Source of the DNA: the human T2T-CHM13v2.0 reference genome, Homo sapiens
NCBI RefSeq assembly: GCF_009914755.1
Contig: NC_060943.1
Reading direction: 5' to 3' (one strand)
DNA length: 64,000 nucleotides
In this document: in pieces, positions 54,748-64,000 of the stretch
How positions within the stretch are numbered: position 1 is the stretch's first letter
Layout of the letters: every line of letters starts with the position of its first letter
The notes under the pieces: generated by a model
What the model was told of the DNA's origin: nothing
Databases searched by the model: none
Seen by the model: only the letters and a program-made list of their open reading frames with translations
Position numbers and translations under genes: made by a program

Positions 54748-57274
54748 TTTTTTTTTTTTTTTTTATGTTCTGATCTTATTTATTTATTTATTTATTTATT
54801 GTTGTGGGTACATAGTAGTATATATATTTATGGGGTCCATGAGATGTTTTGATACAGGCATGCAATGAGTAATAATCACATTATGGAGAATGGGGTATCC
54901 ACCCCCTCAAGCATTTATCCTTTGTGTTATAAACAATCCAATTACACACTTTTAGTTATTTTAAAAATGTACAATTAAGTTATTATTGACTATAGTCACC
55001 CTGTTGTGCTATAAAATAGTATGTTTTATACATTCTTTCTAGCTATTTTTTTCTGTACCCATTAACCATTCCCACCTCCCTCCCACCCCCACTACCCTTC
55101 CCTGCCTCTGATAACCGTTTTTCTACTCTCTATGTCCATCATACATTCTGATTTTAAAACGGTTTTCCTACATTTCATACATAAGTCACTCAAGTACACA
55201 GAATTATTATTATTTTTTTTAAATTTATTTTTTTATTGATAATTCTTGGGTGTTTCTCACAGAGGGGTATTTGGCAGGGTCATGGGACAATAGTGGAGGG
55301 AAGGTCAGCAGATAAACAAGTGAACAAAGGTCTCTGGTTTTCCTAGGCAGAGGACCCTGCGGCCTTCCGCAGTGTTTGTGTCCCTGATTACTTGAGATTA
55401 GGGATTGGTGATGACTCTTAACGAGCATGCTGCCTTCAAGCATCTGTTTAACAAAGCACATCTTGCACCGCCCTTAATCCATTTAACCCTGAGTGGACAC
55501 AGCACATGTTTCAGAGAGCACAGGGTTGGGGGTAAGGTCACAGATCAACAGGATCCCAAGGCAGAGGAATTTTTCTTAGTGTAGAACAAAATGAAAAGTC
55601 TCCCATGTCTACTTCTTTCCACACAGACACGGCAACCATCTGATTTCTCAATCTTTTCCCCACCTTTCCCGCCTTTCTATTCCACAAAGCCGCCATTGTC
55701 ATCCTGGCCCGTTCTCAATGAGCTGTTGGGTACACCTCCCAGACGGGGTGGTGGCCGGGCAGAGGGGCTCCTCACTTCCCAGTAGGGGCGGCCGGGCAGA
55801 GGCGCCCCTCACCTCCCGGACGGGGCGGCTGGCCGGGCAGGGGGGCTGATCCCCCCCCACCTCCCTCCCGGAGGGGGCGGCTGGCCGGGCGGGGGGCTGA
55901 CCCCCCCACCTCCCTCCCGGACGGGGCGGCTGGCCGGGCAGAGGGGCTCCTCACTTCCCAGAAGGGGCGGCCGGGCAGAGGCGCCCCTCACCTCCCAGAC
56001 GGGGCGGCTGGCCGGGTGGAGGGCTGACCCTCCCACCTCCCTCCCGGATGGGGCGGCTGGCCGGGCAGAGGGGCTCCTCACTTCCCAGTAGGGGCGGCCG
56101 GGCAGAGGCGCCCCTCACCTCCCCGACGGGGCGGCTGGCCGGGCGGAGGGCTGACCCCCCCACCTCCCTCCCAGACGGGGCGGCTGGCCAGGCGGGGGGC
56201 TGACCCCCCCACCTCCCTCCCGGACGGGGCGGCTGGCCAGGCGGGGGGCTGACCCCCCCACCTCCCTCCCGGACGGGGTGGCTGGCCGGGCTGAGGGGCT
56301 CCTCACTTCCCAGTAGGGGCGGCCGGGCAGAGGCGCCCCTCACCTCCCGGACGGGGCGGCTGGCCGGGCGGGGGGCTGACCCCCCCCCACCTCCCTCCCG
56401 GACGGGGTGGCTGCCGGGCGGAGACGCTCCTCACTTCCCAGATGGGGTGGCTGCCGGGCGGAGAGGCTCCTCACCTCTCAGACGGGGCAGCTGCCGGGCG
56501 GAGGGGCTCCTCACTTCTCAGACGGGGCGGCCAGGCAGAGACGCTCCTCACCTCCCAGACGGGGTCTCGGCCGGGCAGAGGCGCTCCTCACATCCCAGAT
56601 GGGGCGGCAGGGCAGAGGCGCTCCCCACATCTCAGACGATGGGCGGCCGGGCAGAGACGCTCCTCACTTCCTAGATGTGATGGCGGCTGGGAAGAGGCGC
56701 TCCTCACTTCCTAGATGGGATGGCGGCCGGGCGGAGACGCTCCTCACTTTCCAGACTGGGCAGCCAGGCAGAGGGGCTCCTCACATCCCAGACGATGGGC
56801 GGCCAGGCAGAGACACTCCTCACTTCCCAGACAGGGTGGTGGCCGGGCAGAGGCTGCAATCTCGGCACTTTGGGAGGCCAAGGCAGGCGGCTGGGAGGTG
56901 TAGGTTGTAGTGAGCCGAGATCACGCCACTGCACTCCAGCCTGGGCACCATTGAGCACTGAGTGAACGAGACTCCGTCTGCAATCCCGGCACCTCGGGAG
57001 GCCGAGGTTGGCGGATCACTCGCGGTTAGGGGCTGGAGACCGGCCCGGCCAACACAGCGAAACCCCGTCTCCACCAAAACCAGTCAGGCGTGGCGGCGCG
57101 TGCCTGCAATCGCAGGCATTCGGCAGACTGAGGCAGGAGAATCAGGCAGGGAGGTTGCAGTGAGCCGAGATGGCAGCAGTACAGTCCAGCTTCGGCCCCG
57201 CATGAGAGGGAGACCGGAGGGAGAGGGAGAGGGGGAGGGGGAGGGGGAGGGGGAGGGGGAGGGGGAGGGAGAGC
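54748..57274 (-). mobile_element. Full-length SVA (SVA_E/F-like) with a 3' transduction; TSD AAAAACTA
   Basis: Hexamer (CCCTCT/CCCCCT)n at 57217-57273, Alu-like region ~56850-57215, VNTR ~55735-56850, SINE-R ~55237-55730, first A-tail ~55203-55237, transduced DNA 54765-55202, final poly(A) 54743-54764. TAGTTTTT occurs at 54740-54747 and 57275-57282. Confidence 0.93.
54785..55140 (-). mobile_element. L1MA-type 3' end fragment carried inside the SVA transduction
   Basis: tgtgggtacatagtag..ttttgatacaggcatgcaatg..ctcaagcatttatcctttgtg..attattgactatagtcaccctgttgtgc, an L1MA 3'UTR in reverse. Confidence 0.8.
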
Positions 57275-57685
57275 TAGTTTTTAAAGGACTCCAGCTCTTT
57301 CTCTTTCTCAGGGGGAGTTGGGTTTTCTTACGTACAACTGAGTTTCTGCTTACACATTCTTTAATTTCTTTTAATTCCTGTTCCAGAAGAACCACAAAAG
57401 AAGTGAAAATGTCCAGTTCCTGCCTTAATTGATGACATTCCACCACTGTGATTTGTTCCTGCCCCACTCTGACTGATCAATTAACCTTGTGACCTTCCTT
57501 CTCCTGGACAATGAGTCTCAGAAGCTCCCCCACCAAGCACCTTGTAACCCCCGCCCCTGCCCACAAGAGAAAAACCCCCTTTGACTGTAGTTTTCCACTA
57601 CCTACCCAAATTCTATAAAACTGCCCCACCCCTATCTCCCTTTGCTGACTCTCTTTTCGGACTCAGCCCACTTGCACCCAAGTGA

Positions 57686-58521
<836 letters not shown>

Positions 58522-59339
58522 TGATCCACCTGCCTTGGCTTCCCAAAGTGTTGGGATTACAGGCGTGAGCCACTGCACCTGGCCTCCAGTCATATCATTT
58601 ATGTGTTGATTTTTTTCAGTTTGTGTTTCAGTCCAGATGCGTAGTGATAGTACCGGGATTGAGAACAAAAATGTTGAAACAGATCAATCTCAGGAACCTG
58701 TTTTTTTTTTTGGTTGGTTGGTTGTTTTTAGGGGCACAAGCGCCACTGAGTGAAGTGCTCCTAATCTCTGTTGGTTTTGAATATTGTAGAAAGCATTACA
58801 GTATTTAATTTTGTGCACTAAAGATTTTTTCTAGTTCTAGAATACAGATAAATCTAGATGTATGATTCTTAATCAATCACAAGAGGCTCAATAAGCCTTT
58901 TTCCTCATTCTACTTCTTTCTTGAAGGGGAGGGCCTTGATTTGCATTTGCTGCCTACAGAGAGCAATTTGTCCATATTTTTTTCTCTTCTTTTTCTTATC
59001 GGGAGGGAAATGAGCCTGAGAAAGCTGCAGGACCATGAGTTGTTAGAAGATTACTTCCAATGAGAGGAAAGGAAGTGTGTGCGACAACACATTCAGAGAG
59101 AAATCTGGGGAGGTAGCAGAGCAGGAAGCACCAGTCATCTGTCTCCCCTCCTAGGCAAAAGGGAGGCTGGCAGAATCTGTCTGATGGAGCGATTTGGGAA
59201 CACTGGAGTCTATGGGAGGCCTGCTGCTGCCAGGGGGAAGCCTGGAAGATACACTGTGATCAATGCCAGTTCAAGTTAGCTTTGTTTCCCAACCCCACAC
59301 TTTCTATGCCCCCCTCAGGCCAGAATCACAGTGATGGAA

Positions 59340-64000
<4,661 letters not shown>

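Larger units (their letters stand above)
54362..57385 (-). mobile_element. LTR15-like ERV1 solo LTR (pieces 54362-54747 and 57283-57385), inserted in the HERV-H 3' LTR; TSD GAAG
   Basis: The minus strand begins TGGAACAGGAATTAAAAGAAATTAAAGAATGTG. GAAG occurs at 54358-54361 and 57386-57389, and LTR7 resumes seamlessly (ggcaactgaag|aaccacaaaagaagtg). The subfamily name is from memory. Confidence 0.75.

Noticed and set aside
55591-57467. Overlapping GC-rich ORFs, including a (GE)n/(SP)n repeat protein
   Set aside because: Products of the SVA VNTR, Alu-like region and hexamer.

Overview
Human (hominid) genomic DNA from the 19p12 ZNF91-subfamily KRAB zinc-finger cluster, identified by sequence recognition without a database search. 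The minus strand carries the 5' part of ZNF43. It has two paralogous CpG-island first exons (~42.4 kb and ~26.5 kb), a KRAB-A exon (9561-9687), a KRAB-B exon (8354-8452) and the start of the spacer/zinc-finger exon (275 to off the left edge). Intron 1 holds an Alu-fragmented BNIP3 processed pseudogene, L1 and MER93 pieces. A ~12 kb diverged beta-satellite array lies between the two first exons; it has a higher-order cassette and a ~300 bp fold-back inversion. Upstream are an inverted remnant of ZNF intron-1 sequence, a solo LTR6-like element, and a four-level nested insertion. In that nest, a full-length SVA with a ~440 bp 3' transduction sits inside an LTR15-like solo LTR, inside the 3' LTR of a Phe-PBS HERV-H provirus, inside an old Alu. 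The window ends in a ~1.25 kb-unit macro-repeat containing 31-32 bp CCAAT/GAGCT mini-repeats. Nearly all ORFs in the track are Alu, SVA or satellite artefacts. No new protein-coding system is supported; the most interesting items are structural and regulatory.
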